From: an uncultured Candidatus Saccharibacteria bacterium
Lineage (GTDB): Bacteria; Patescibacteriota; Minisyncoccia; Phycocordibacterales; UBA9973
Assembly (NCBI GenBank): GCA_964520225.1
Contig: CAZFNV010000005.1
Coordinates: 1 to 56,999 of the forward strand
Reading direction: 5' to 3'
Length of the DNA: 56,999 nt
Positions within the stretch are counted from its first letter, which is position 1. Every line of letters begins with the position of its first letter. The position numbers were made by a program, and so were the translations under genes. Shown piece after piece: positions 1 through 9,051 of this stretch. The notes beneath the pieces were generated by a model. It had not been told where the DNA came from, did no database searches, and saw nothing but the letters and a program-made list of their open reading frames with translations.

Positions 1-338
1 CATCGGTGGGGGTCAGGCTCTCACCTCCCCTAGACGTCATAGCCTTGGTAGTCCATTACACTACCAACTAGCTGATATCGCACAGGCCATTCCCAAAGCG
101 TTAAAACTTTCCTCTCGCGAGATATCGTGTATTAGTCCACCTTTCGGTGAATTATTCACGACTTTGGGGGATGTTCCTATGTATTACTACCTCGTTCGCC
201 ACTAATCAGTAACCCACATCCATACTTTCTTTGACTTGATGTAATCTCATCTCGGTCCGAATTTCAGTGGACTGATCCGTTCGACTTGCATGCCTTATCC
301 ACGCCGCCAGCGTTCATCCTGAGCTAGGATCAAACTCT
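1..338 (-). rRNA. rrs: 16S rRNA, 5' portion (gene continues off the left edge)
   Basis: Reverse complement of 318-338 is AGAGTTTGATCCTAGCTCAGG. It is followed by GATGAACGCTGGCGGCGTG...CATGCAAGTCGAACGG and GGCGAACGAGGTAGTAATAC, the canonical SSU 5' domain. Confidence 0.9.
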
Positions 339-609
339 AACTAAAAGTTAGCCTTTCGGCCGATCGTCAAAAGACGACCAGAACGAAACAAAACAAAAAA
401 CCCTAGCTCTAAATTATTATTTACTCAAGAAATAAATCGACTTGCATTTATGTTCTCAATTATTAATTCATAGAATTGTCAAAGAAACTCATCTCTCTCC
501 TTTGCGAGGAAAGAAAAACGCCTATCCCATACAGGAAAGCGCTGTGGAGCAGTCTAGCAAAATCTTAGATTCAAGTCAACCCCGTCGCTCGCGAGCGACA
601 GGGTCAAGC

Positions 610-640
610 GCAAAAAAGCCCCCAAAGGGGGCTTTTTTGC
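610..640. terminator. Bidirectional rho-independent terminator hairpin downstream of the SWIB gene
   Basis: gcAAAAAAGCCCCCaaaGGGGGCTTTTTTgc: a GC stem flanked by an A-run and a T-run. A second 16-nt palindrome, gtcgctcgcgagcgac, lies at 584-599. Confidence 0.7.
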
Positions 641-657
641 TATTACAACCCTTAAAT

Positions 658-915
658 TTAAGACAAATGCTTCGAGACCAGCTTGGTCATCTCAAACATA
701 TTGACCACGCCCTTACCCCCGAAAACTGCTTTCAGTTTATCGTCTGCATTTATATTGCGCTTATTGCTAGCATCTTGAAGACCATTCTTCTTGATATAAG
801 CCCATAGACCTTTCACTACTTCTGAGCGAGGCATAGGACCCTTACCCACCACAGCTTCTAGTTCAGAGCTTAGGTTCATTGGCTTCATAAATGCAGAATT
901 CTTTTTGTCTGGCAT
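658..915 (-). CDS. SWIB/MDM2 domain protein
   Basis: 85 aa; LSSELEAVVGKGPMPRSEVVKGLWAYIKKNGLQD...INADDKLKAVFG is the typical SWIB domain sequence. Confidence 0.8.
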   Translation of the reverse strand: MPDKKNSAFMKPMNLSSELEAVVGKGPMPRSEVVKGLWAYIKKNGLQDASNKRNINADDKLKAVFGGKGVVNMFEMTKLVSKHLS

Positions 916-980
916 AATTAAAAATAAATATTAGTAATACCTCTATTATACCATAGTCAAATATTTTAAGCTATAAGGTG

Positions 981-1103
981 TTAGATCCTGATTAGCCTAT
1001 TGACTAGTTCGAGAACGAAGGCCACCTCGAGCGCCACCCAGAAACTTGCCACACTTGCTCCCGGCAGAAAGTAAGCAACTACCCAGACAACAAGCGCGGA
1101 CAT
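981..1103 (-). CDS. Small hydrophobic peptide (40 aa), hypothetical
   Basis: Below the ORF-track cutoff. ATG at 1103 is preceded by AAGAGGTG. Product is MSALVVWVVAYFLPGASVASFWVALEVAFVLELVNRLIRI. The patch is locally GC-rich. Confidence 0.3.
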   Translation of the reverse strand: MSALVVWVVAYFLPGASVASFWVALEVAFVLELVNRLIRI

Positions 1104-1151
1104 TAGACACCTCTTTATAAAATTAATCATATATATTGAATTAATCTTTTT

Positions 1152-1556
1152 CTAATCAACCACCACCTGTGTGCAGTGTGCGCAGCGACGCGCAGATATC
1201 GGTATTTCACTTTCACACTCTCTGCACTTCTTAGTGGTGGGATCAGCTGGAGGCTCTTTACGCGAACGAACTACTAGCATATTCATCGGCTTCACCACCA
1301 AGAAGAATATAGAAGCGGAAACAAGTAAGAAGGATATCAAGGCGTTTAAGAAATGTCCGATTTTGAATTCGCTCTCGTTTACAGTGAACACAAGCCCGCT
1401 GAAATCAGGGACCCGAGCGATAGCCGCTATGAATGGAGTGATGATATCAGACACAAGCGCAGTCACAATCGCTCCGAAAGAAGCGCCCACCACTACACCG
1501 ACTGCGAGGTCAACCACATTACCACGCAGAAGAAATTGCTTGAATTCCTGAAGCAT
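1152..1556 (-). CDS. mscL: Large-conductance mechanosensitive channel MscL with a C-terminal CxxC...CxxC tail
   Basis: FLLRGNVVDLAVGVVVGASFGAIV is the MscL TM1 signature. The C-terminus is KKCRECESEIPISARRCAHCT. Confidence 0.85.
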   Translation of the reverse strand: MLQEFKQFLLRGNVVDLAVGVVVGASFGAIVTALVSDIITPFIAAIARVPDFSGLVFTVNESEFKIGHFLNALISFLLVSASIFFLVVKPMNMLVVRSRKEPPADPTTKKCRECESEIPISARRCAHCTQVVVD

Positions 1557-1560
1557 ATAA

Positions 1561-1971
1561 TTATTTCAATTTCATCCCGCACATTGCGCAAGATCCGCAA
1601 CCGCACATCTTGCCAGACACTGAATATGGTCCAGCACCATACCAAGCAACAGTGAGTGAAGAGACCAGTAGAAGTAGATCGAGTTCATAACCCCCAGATA
1701 GTCCTTTCGCGCCCTTAACTAAAACAATTGCAGACACCATAATCACCGCGAACAAGTACCCGACTACTCTGGTATATACGCCAAGAATCATTGCGATACC
1801 GCCCAAAAACTCTACCCAAGCCACTAGATACGCGAATATAGCCGGCATACCGAGAGAAGCAAAAAATCCAATGGTACCTTCCATACCTTGGAGCTTATCC
1901 CAGCCGTGGACCAAGAAAATAATACCCACGACTACGCGAAGTAGAAACATCCCACATACTTTATGATTCAT
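1561..1971 (-). CDS. DoxX family membrane protein with a Cys-rich tail
   Basis: LLRVVVGIIFLVHGWDKL and four TM segments. The C-terminus is GKMCGCGSCAMCGMKLK. Confidence 0.7.
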   Translation of the reverse strand: MNHKVCGMFLLRVVVGIIFLVHGWDKLQGMEGTIGFFASLGMPAIFAYLVAWVEFLGGIAMILGVYTRVVGYLFAVIMVSAIVLVKGAKGLSGGYELDLLLLVSSLTVAWYGAGPYSVSGKMCGCGSCAMCGMKLK

Positions 1972-2039
1972 AATCTATAAAAATTAAACTTGTAATCCGA
2001 CGTATATATTATATCAAACTTGTAGTAAAATATGTAAGT

Positions 2040-2711
2040 ATGCAAACTAAAATTATTTATTTTATCCGCCATGGCGAAACGCATCTAAATGCTAAAGGCA
2101 TCCGGCAAGGCAGAGATGGTGGGCTCACCGAGCGCGGGCGCGCTCAAGCGCTCGAAACAGCGAAAAGGTTTCCGAAGGAAACAGACCGCCCAGAAGTAAT
2201 AATCGCCAGCCCATATGAAAGGACAAAGGAAACCGCGAGCATCATCGCGAGCGAGCTCGATATGCAAGTAGAATATTCTGACCTTTTAGTAGAGAGACGT
2301 AATCCTTCCGAAATCATCGGACGCTCCGGAGAGGATAAAGAAGTAAAACACATTATCGACATAATAGATAAAAGTTTTCATGGGGACGATTTGCGCTACT
2401 CCGACGAAGAGAACTTTACCGACCTCAAAGAGCGCGCAAAGGAACTTTTAGAATACATAAAAACCCGCCCAGAATCACGGATAATAATGGTGACTCATTC
2501 TATCTTCCTGAAAATGGTCGCATCCTACATGCTTTTTGGCGAAGAACTGACTGCGTCGAAATACAATACCTTGAGTTACTTGAACCCTATCGACAACGGC
2601 GGTATCACTATCTGCTCATACACTAAACAAGAAAAAAGCTGGTTTAAAAAAGAAAAAGAGGAGTGGCAGATAATCACCTGGAACGACTTAATACAGGAAG
2701 AAACTATTTGA
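2040..2711 (+). CDS. Histidine phosphatase (phosphoglycerate mutase-like) family protein
   Basis: The N-terminal IYFIRHGETHLN carries the RHG catalytic motif. VTHS lies later in the protein. The gene ends in TGA. Confidence 0.8.
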   Translation: MQTKIIYFIRHGETHLNAKGIRQGRDGGLTERGRAQALETAKRFPKETDRPEVIIASPYERTKETASIIASELDMQVEYSDLLVERRNPSEIIGRSGEDKEVKHIIDIIDKSFHGDDLRYSDEENFTDLKERAKELLEYIKTRPESRIIMVTHSIFLKMVASYMLFGEELTASKYNTLSYLNPIDNGGITICSYTKQEKSWFKKEKEEWQIITWNDLIQEETI

Positions 2712-3705
2712 GAGATATTTCGTAGCGATCGAGTATTGCCTCGAATATGAGCGGAGCGACGATGGTTGCGTCGGATTCTATTACAAACATCGGCGTATCT
2801 ACGGTGAGTTTGTCCCAAGTTATTTTCTCATTCGGGGTCGCGCCAGAATATGAACCATAAGAGGTAGTGGAATCAGAAATCTGGCAGAAGTAGCCCCATG
2901 GGCGCACTTTTTTCTTGAGATCATATTTTATAGAAGGCACTACGCATATAGGAAAGTCTCCCGAGATTCCCCCGCCTATTTGGAAAAAGCCTAGCCCCGA
3001 ACCGTCTTTTGAAAGTTGCTCATACCAGTCATAAAGCTCCGTCATATATTCCACTCCGCTTTTCATCACGCTCGCCGACACAACACCCTCCTTCACATAA
3101 CCCGCGAAGATGTTGCCCAGCGTTGAATCTTCCCAACCCGGCACAACTATCGGCAAGTTTTTCTTCGCCGCTTCGAGCAACCAGCAGTGTTCCGGATTGC
3201 CTTCGTAATGATCTTTGAGTTCATCAGAAAGAAGTATCTGGTAAAAATATTGATGCGGGAAAAATCTCTCGCCCTTCTTTTCGGCTTCTTTCCACCTCTT
3301 GAGTATTATCGGCTCAACTACACGGAAAGCGTCCTCTTCTGGAATAGAAGTATCTGTCACTCGGCGCTCGCCTCGGTCTAGAATTGCCTGATCATCTTCT
3401 TTCGTGAAATATCTGTAGTCAGGATAGTCTTTATATTTAGTATGCGCGACTAGGCGAAAGACTGATTCTTCGAGATTCGCCCCAGTGCAAGATACGATGT
3501 GTATTTTATTATTTTTTATCATCGGCGCTAGCGTTACCCCGAGTTGCGCAGAAGACATAGCACCCCCCATAGCCAGCATCATCTTGCCCCCATCGTCTAG
3601 ATGTTTTTGGAAAGCCAAAGTAGCATCTTTCATCTGACGCGCGTTAAAATTATGGAATAATTTTTGGAATAAACCTAAAACTGAAGTTTTGTTAGACATA
3701 CTCAT
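2704..3705 (-). CDS. Deoxyhypusine synthase-like (homospermidine synthase-like) protein
   Basis: 333 aa; AMGGAMSSAQLG...IVSCTGANLEE...FFQIGGGISGDFPI match the DHS family pattern. Confidence 0.75.
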   Translation of the reverse strand: MSMSNKTSVLGLFQKLFHNFNARQMKDATLAFQKHLDDGGKMMLAMGGAMSSAQLGVTLAPMIKNNKIHIVSCTGANLEESVFRLVAHTKYKDYPDYRYFTKEDDQAILDRGERRVTDTSIPEEDAFRVVEPIILKRWKEAEKKGERFFPHQYFYQILLSDELKDHYEGNPEHCWLLEAAKKNLPIVVPGWEDSTLGNIFAGYVKEGVVSASVMKSGVEYMTELYDWYEQLSKDGSGLGFFQIGGGISGDFPICVVPSIKYDLKKKVRPWGYFCQISDSTTSYGSYSGATPNEKITWDKLTVDTPMFVIESDATIVAPLIFEAILDRYEISLK

Positions 3706-3778
3706 ATATTAGCATAGATGGAATAAAAGAAGGCAAGTTTGACTTGCTTTTAGCTGTTTATTGTGCAATAATAGATGT

Positions 3779-4012
3779 ATGAGTTTAGTTTCAGTTATAT
3801 TACCTTATGCGCAAATAATCTTTGCGGTCTTACTAATACTTTCTGTCTTACTTCAGCAAACCGGTGCTTCCGTAGGAGGTGCTTTGGGTGGAGGCGAAAA
3901 TATGAGCTTCCATCAAACCCGCCGAGGATTCGAGAAATTTCTTTTTTATCTTGCATTGATCTGCGGAGTGCTTTTTGCCTTATCCGCCCTTCTTGCTATA
4001 ATCATTAAATAA
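3779..4012 (+). CDS. secG: Preprotein translocase subunit SecG
   Basis: 77 aa with two TM segments. ILSVLLQQTGASVGGALGGG is the SecG signature. The ATG at 3779 is preferred over the TTG at 3761. Confidence 0.75.
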   Translation: MSLVSVILPYAQIIFAVLLILSVLLQQTGASVGGALGGGENMSFHQTRRGFEKFLFYLALICGVLFALSALLAIIIK

Positions 4013-4112
4013 GTAAGAAATGGTAAGTTCGCTTACTATTCTGAATGAACGCTTAGTTGTATTGTATTAGTTATATAATCATCAAATAGGATTTACCCTG
4101 TTTAAGTAATTA

Positions 4113-5876
4113 ATGGAAAACTTTCGAAATAGAATTCGCCAGTCGAGACTCGCTGGCACGCTACCTACCCGAGAGGAAATGAATGGCGCCCTAGCCTCTT
4201 TTTCTAAGCGCGAGTGGACTTTCTTTATAATATTTTTTGCCACACTTTGTGTCAGCACGTTACTGCTACTTAACACCATCAACCAATTCTTTATGGTGGA
4301 TACACCAGCGAGAGGCGGAAGCATTTCTGAAGGAATGGTAGGAACCCCTAGATTCGTCAATCCAATACTAGCAACTTCGCTTGCTGACCAGAGCGTAACC
4401 ACCTTGGTGTATTCTGGTCTTATGAGAAAAAATAGCGAGGGCGTGCTAGTGCCCGATCTGGCTGAGAAGTACGAAATCTCTGAAGATGGTCATATGTACA
4501 CCTTTACCTTAAAAGACAACTTGAAATTTCACGACGGCGAACCACTGACCACGAGCGACATATTATTTACTATAAACAAAGCTAAGGACCCCATAATCAA
4601 GAGCGCTCAGAAGCCCAACTGGGACACTGTGACAGTGGAATTAATTGACGACAAAAATATCGCCTTTACTCTCAAGCAAACCGGGGCTTCTTTTCTAGAG
4701 AACACCACACTAGGTATATTGCCTGAGCATATCTGGGGCGACTCCCCTGTCGAACTTCATGAACGCAACACTAATCCAGTAGGTTCTGGACCATACTTAA
4801 TTAAAAAAGTGGGCAAACATTCTTCTGGAACAATCGAAAGTTACGAACTCTCTGCTTTTGAAAATTTTGCGCTAGGAGAACCTTATATCACGAACATCAC
4901 TCTTCGTTTCTACCAAAATGAAGAAGAGCTGGTATCAGCATTTAGAGAAGGTAAGGTTCGACAGATAAGCTCCATTAGCCCAAAGAGCGCTGACGAACTC
5001 AAAGATGAAGGCGCACGCATAGAATATGCGATCTTACCTAGAGTGTTCGGATTATTTTTTAATCAAAATCACAATCAACTCTTTACAGACAAAGCAGTGG
5101 CCAAAGCTATCAGCCAGGCCGTAGACAAAGAAAGCATAGTTCGTGAAGTCTTGTCGGGTTATGGTGTGGCTATCGATGATCCGATACCTCCTAGTATGTT
5201 GGAATACCAGAAGATGGCACGACCAAACAATACAGACAGAAGCGAGCTCTTAGAGCAGATACTGTCCGACCTAGAAAAAGCTGGCTGGAAGAAAAATCAA
5301 GAGGGATTCCTAGAGAAAACTATCACCGATAAAAATAAGAAAAGTACAACCCCGCTCGAATTCTCCATCTTTACGAGCAACGCACCAGAGCTCGCGAAGA
5401 CTGCTGAGCTCATTCAGAAGAACTTGATGGACATAGGTATGCGCGTAGATGTGAAGACTTTCGAAGCAGGCAATCTGAACCAAAATGTAATCCGCCCTCG
5501 CGAATACGACGTGCTTTTGTTCGGCCAAATCATCAACCGCGAAAGCGACCTATATGTGTTCTGGCACTCATCTCAGCGCAAAGACCCAGGACTCAACATC
5601 GCGAGCTACACCAATGCTCGAGTAGATAAAATTCTAGAAGATGCATCTACTACCACCAATCCAGAAACTCGCCGAGAGAAATACATTCAGTTTGAACAAG
5701 AGATACGTAAAGATATGCCCGCAGTATTCCTCTATAGTCCTAAATTCATCTATGTTGTATCCCCTGAGGTAAGGAATGTATCACTTCTACACACCACGAA
5801 CCCAAGCGATAGATTTCTAAATATTCACTCTTGGTATCTTAATATAGAAAAGGTTTGGCAAATATTCGTCGACTAA
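4113..5876 (+). CDS. ABC transporter substrate-binding protein, family 5 (peptide/nickel type), N-terminal TM anchor
   Basis: 587 aa; YSGLMRKNSEGVLVPDLAEKYEISEDGHMYTFTLKDNLKFHDGEPLT is a typical SBP_bac_5 core. There is no adjacent permease. Confidence 0.8.
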   Translation: MENFRNRIRQSRLAGTLPTREEMNGALASFSKREWTFFIIFFATLCVSTLLLLNTINQFFMVDTPARGGSISEGMVGTPRFVNPILATSLADQSVTTLVYSGLMRKNSEGVLVPDLAEKYEISEDGHMYTFTLKDNLKFHDGEPLTTSDILFTINKAKDPIIKSAQKPNWDTVTVELIDDKNIAFTLKQTGASFLENTTLGILPEHIWGDSPVELHERNTNPVGSGPYLIKKVGKHSSGTIESYELSAFENFALGEPYITNITLRFYQNEEELVSAFREGKVRQISSISPKSADELKDEGARIEYAILPRVFGLFFNQNHNQLFTDKAVAKAISQAVDKESIVREVLSGYGVAIDDPIPPSMLEYQKMARPNNTDRSELLEQILSDLEKAGWKKNQEGFLEKTITDKNKKSTTPLEFSIFTSNAPELAKTAELIQKNLMDIGMRVDVKTFEAGNLNQNVIRPREYDVLLFGQIINRESDLYVFWHSSQRKDPGLNIASYTNARVDKILEDASTTTNPETRREKYIQFEQEIRKDMPAVFLYSPKFIYVVSPEVRNVSLLHTTNPSDRFLNIHSWYLNIEKVWQIFVD

Positions 5877-5893
5877 TTATTTAATTTAAAAAT

Positions 5894-7846
5894 ATGAAAA
5901 AGAAAAACAGGCTGTCCTTCAGCTCTATTAGCATCGAGTCAGATCAAGCAAATACTGGCAAAACTTCACACGCAGGTTCCCATACCACAGACAGGCATAA
6001 AACCAGCAGAAGTAGCACTCACACATCTCCCCGAAAGAGAACTTCGAAGAGTTCGACTTTCCAATACACCCAGAAAGGTTTCGGTGGCAAGCGCGGATCT
6101 TTCGGCAACAAAGGCGGAACTAAACTCCGAGAAGAATCCAAAATACCTCCAGTAGAGCCTGGAACTATACGCGTCATACCTCTCGGTGGCGTAGAAGAAG
6201 TTGGCCGTAACATGCTCCTGGTTGAATCCGAACATGACATCGTGGTGCTCGATGTGGGCTTTCACTTTATTGAAGAAGATGAAACCATGGGAGTAGATTT
6301 TACTCTGCCTAATTTCAAATATTTAGAAGAACGCAAAGAGAAAATCCGCGCTGTGGCCATAACTCACGGCCACCTCGATCACATCGGCGGTATTCCGTTC
6401 ATTATGGATCGTATTGGCAACCCTCCGATATACGCCCAGTATCTGACCACCCTCATGATCAAGAAGCGCCAGGATGAGTTCCCGGCTAACGCTCCGCTCA
6501 ATATCAATGTAGTCGATCCAGACAGCGTGATCCGCTTCAACGAGCTCGCCCTTGGGTTCTTCCCTGTGGTCCACTCTATTCCAGATTCGATGGGTGTGAA
6601 AATAATAACCCCTCTAGGCAACATACTTGTTTCAGGTGACATGAAGCTCGAGCACGAAGGCGCTCACGCCAGCGCAAGAGAGGAAAAGAAATGGACAGCT
6701 CTAGGTAAAGAAAAGCCTCTGCTCATGATTGCCGACTCTACTAGTTCAGAAATTCCCGGCTTTTCTATCGCCGAGAAAGAGGTGCAGAAAAACCTAGAGA
6801 ATATAATCCGCACCACCGAAGGGCGTCTGATAATCGGGACCTTTGCTTCTCAATTCGACCGCATGATCAGGATTGTGCAGATCTGCGAGCAATTTAATAA
6901 AAAAATAGTTCCCGAAGGGCGCAGCATCAAGAACAACTTGGAAATTGCAAAATTGGCTGGCCTCTTGAACGCTAAAGAAGAAACTTTCATTGAAGCCCAA
7001 GATGTCGAGAATTATCCTCCGAACAAAATAGTCATCATTGCTACCGGCGCCCAGGGTGAAGAATTCGCGGCGCTTATGCGTATGGCTACCAATAAACACA
7101 AATATCTGCGCCTTCACCCTACCGACACAGTAGTCTTGTCTTCTTCTGCTATCCCTGGCAACGAGCTCAATATCCAGAAGCTGAAAGACCATTTATATCG
7201 CCACGACTTGAAACTCATCCACTACGGTACAGCAGAAGTTCACTCCGGAGGTCATGCTCGCCAAGAAGATCTGGTCTTGATCAATAAAATGGTAAATCCG
7301 AAATTCTTCATGCCTGGATACGGCAACCACTTCATGCTCCGCATCCACGCCCAGCTCATCCAAACTCGCAACAACTTCCCTCGAGAGAATATAGTCGTAC
7401 CTGACAACGGTATGATAGTGGAGTTCTCAGATAACGGCAACAAAATGACCGTACGCAAAGAGCGTGCCCCTTCATCGCTCATGGTAGTAGATGGCTTAAA
7501 GATAGGCGATGTACAAGATGTAGTGGTACGTGACCGCGTGCTCCTCGCCCAAGACGGAATGTTTGTGATAGTTGCGCTTATCGACCAGAAAACAGGCAAG
7601 CTCAAAAAGTCTCCTGACTTGATCTCTCGCGGATTCGTGTATCTAAAAGAAAACCAGGAACTACTACATCAGGTAAGACTCATCATCAAGAAATCTGTAG
7701 AAGAAGCCCCGGTGAAGCGCGGTGGTGCACTCAACACAAATGACTTTGACCAGATCAAAGCCTCTCTCGGTGAGAATGTATCTAAATTCCTATTCCAAAA
7801 AACTGCCAAGCGTCCTCTGGTCATCCCAGTGATACTCAGTGTATAG
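5894..7846 (+). CDS. rnj: Ribonuclease J with a basic Ser/Thr/Lys-rich N-terminal extension of about 90 aa
   Basis: Metallo-beta-lactamase motif HGHLDHIGG, a beta-CASP region, 650 aa. Confidence 0.85.
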   Translation: MKKKNRLSFSSISIESDQANTGKTSHAGSHTTDRHKTSRSSTHTSPRKRTSKSSTFQYTQKGFGGKRGSFGNKGGTKLREESKIPPVEPGTIRVIPLGGVEEVGRNMLLVESEHDIVVLDVGFHFIEEDETMGVDFTLPNFKYLEERKEKIRAVAITHGHLDHIGGIPFIMDRIGNPPIYAQYLTTLMIKKRQDEFPANAPLNINVVDPDSVIRFNELALGFFPVVHSIPDSMGVKIITPLGNILVSGDMKLEHEGAHASAREEKKWTALGKEKPLLMIADSTSSEIPGFSIAEKEVQKNLENIIRTTEGRLIIGTFASQFDRMIRIVQICEQFNKKIVPEGRSIKNNLEIAKLAGLLNAKEETFIEAQDVENYPPNKIVIIATGAQGEEFAALMRMATNKHKYLRLHPTDTVVLSSSAIPGNELNIQKLKDHLYRHDLKLIHYGTAEVHSGGHARQEDLVLINKMVNPKFFMPGYGNHFMLRIHAQLIQTRNNFPRENIVVPDNGMIVEFSDNGNKMTVRKERAPSSLMVVDGLKIGDVQDVVVRDRVLLAQDGMFVIVALIDQKTGKLKKSPDLISRGFVYLKENQELLHQVRLIIKKSVEEAPVKRGGALNTNDFDQIKASLGENVSKFLFQKTAKRPLVIPVILSV

Positions 7847-7902
7847 CCCTCAGTAGTAGAATTTTTAAAAAATTTCACTACAGGGTATAATTGGGAATAC
7901 TG

Positions 7903-9051
7903 ATGAAAAATATCAATGTTATATATCTGGCCGGATTCCTGTTCTCATTCCCGATAGCTCTCGCCGCCTACATCAATTCGAGCTTCCTGGCTTCATTCAC
8001 TGGAGAAAAAATAGTTGGGATTGGTTACACCTTAGGATCTATTGTTTCTATCATATGCTTGTCGCTTGCGCCGAAGCTGTGGCGCAAGCTAGGTGGATAC
8101 ACCTTCCTGTCACTCGTCGCCCTGCTCGACATAGCTACATTTGCCACGCTTGCGTACACCACTCATGCCGAAGTGGCGATACCGGCCTTTGTGATAGGTA
8201 TTGCGCTCAATACTTTGATAATATTCTCACTAGACGAATTCATCGAGCTCTCAGCTGACAACGCCATCACCGGTAGAGTGCGTGGTAAATACCTTACCAT
8301 TGCGAGCTTTGCCTGGATTTTAGCCCAGCTCTCGATCGGAACAATATTCCAAAATCTGAATTTTCAGATGCTATACCTAGTGTGCGGAGTGGTGCTCACG
8401 ACATTCCTGCTCTTGGTTATAATTTATTTCAGGAACATTCAAACTTTTGAATACAAAAAACCGAACGTCTGGCACCTCCTTGGAGAATTCACTACTCATA
8501 AGAATCTAGTTCGCGCTTGTAAAATAAATTTCTTGCTCCAGTTCTTCTTTGCTTGGATGGTTATTTACACCCCGATATATCTGGGGGCACACTTAGGATT
8601 CACCTGGGCGGAGATCGGCAAGATATTCACGGTGATGCTCCTCCCTTTTATACTCATACCACTCCCGCTCGGCAAATATTCTGACAAAGTTGGCGAGCGG
8701 ACCATGCTAATGCTTGGATTCCTAGTTACATCCATTGCTACAATCTTAATATTTTTTATTAAAGTGCACAGCATACTTGTCTGGATGGTTATACTATTCC
8801 TTACTCGCGTTGGCGCTTCTACCGTAGAGACAATGAGTGATGTTTACTTCTTCAAACACATTGATCCGAAGAATGAAGAATATGTGAGCATATACCGTAG
8901 CGTCTCACCTGTCGCCTACATCACCGCTCCGATAGTTGCCCTATTCGTGCTCATCTACGTTCCCGCGTTTGAATATCTTTACTTGATACTAGGTTTAATT
9001 ATGCTCTCTGGAATATATCTGGCTTCACGTATTAGCAAACGAGATATTTAA
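7903..9051 (+). CDS. MFS transporter
   Basis: About 12 predicted TM segments. The ATG at 7903 lies 11 nt after TATAAT (7886-7891). Confidence 0.65.
   Translation: MKNINVIYLAGFLFSFPIALAAYINSSFLASFTGEKIVGIGYTLGSIVSIICLSLAPKLWRKLGGYTFLSLVALLDIATFATLAYTTHAEVAIPAFVIGIALNTLIIFSLDEFIELSADNAITGRVRGKYLTIASFAWILAQLSIGTIFQNLNFQMLYLVCGVVLTTFLLLVIIYFRNIQTFEYKKPNVWHLLGEFTTHKNLVRACKINFLLQFFFAWMVIYTPIYLGAHLGFTWAEIGKIFTVMLLPFILIPLPLGKYSDKVGERTMLMLGFLVTSIATILIFFIKVHSILVWMVILFLTRVGASTVETMSDVYFFKHIDPKNEEYVSIYRSVSPVAYITAPIVALFVLIYVPAFEYLYLILGLIMLSGIYLASRISKRDI

Noticed and set aside
442-807. 121-aa plus-strand ORF upstream of the 16S gene, and the many other antisense or shadow ORFs in the track (for example 1171-1551, 1353-1655, 6794-7192, 47766-48353, 51219-51887, 51927-52571)
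   Set aside because: They overlap well-supported genes, or the rRNA leader and terminators, on the opposite strand or in another frame. Their composition is low-complexity or odd and no motif is recognisable.
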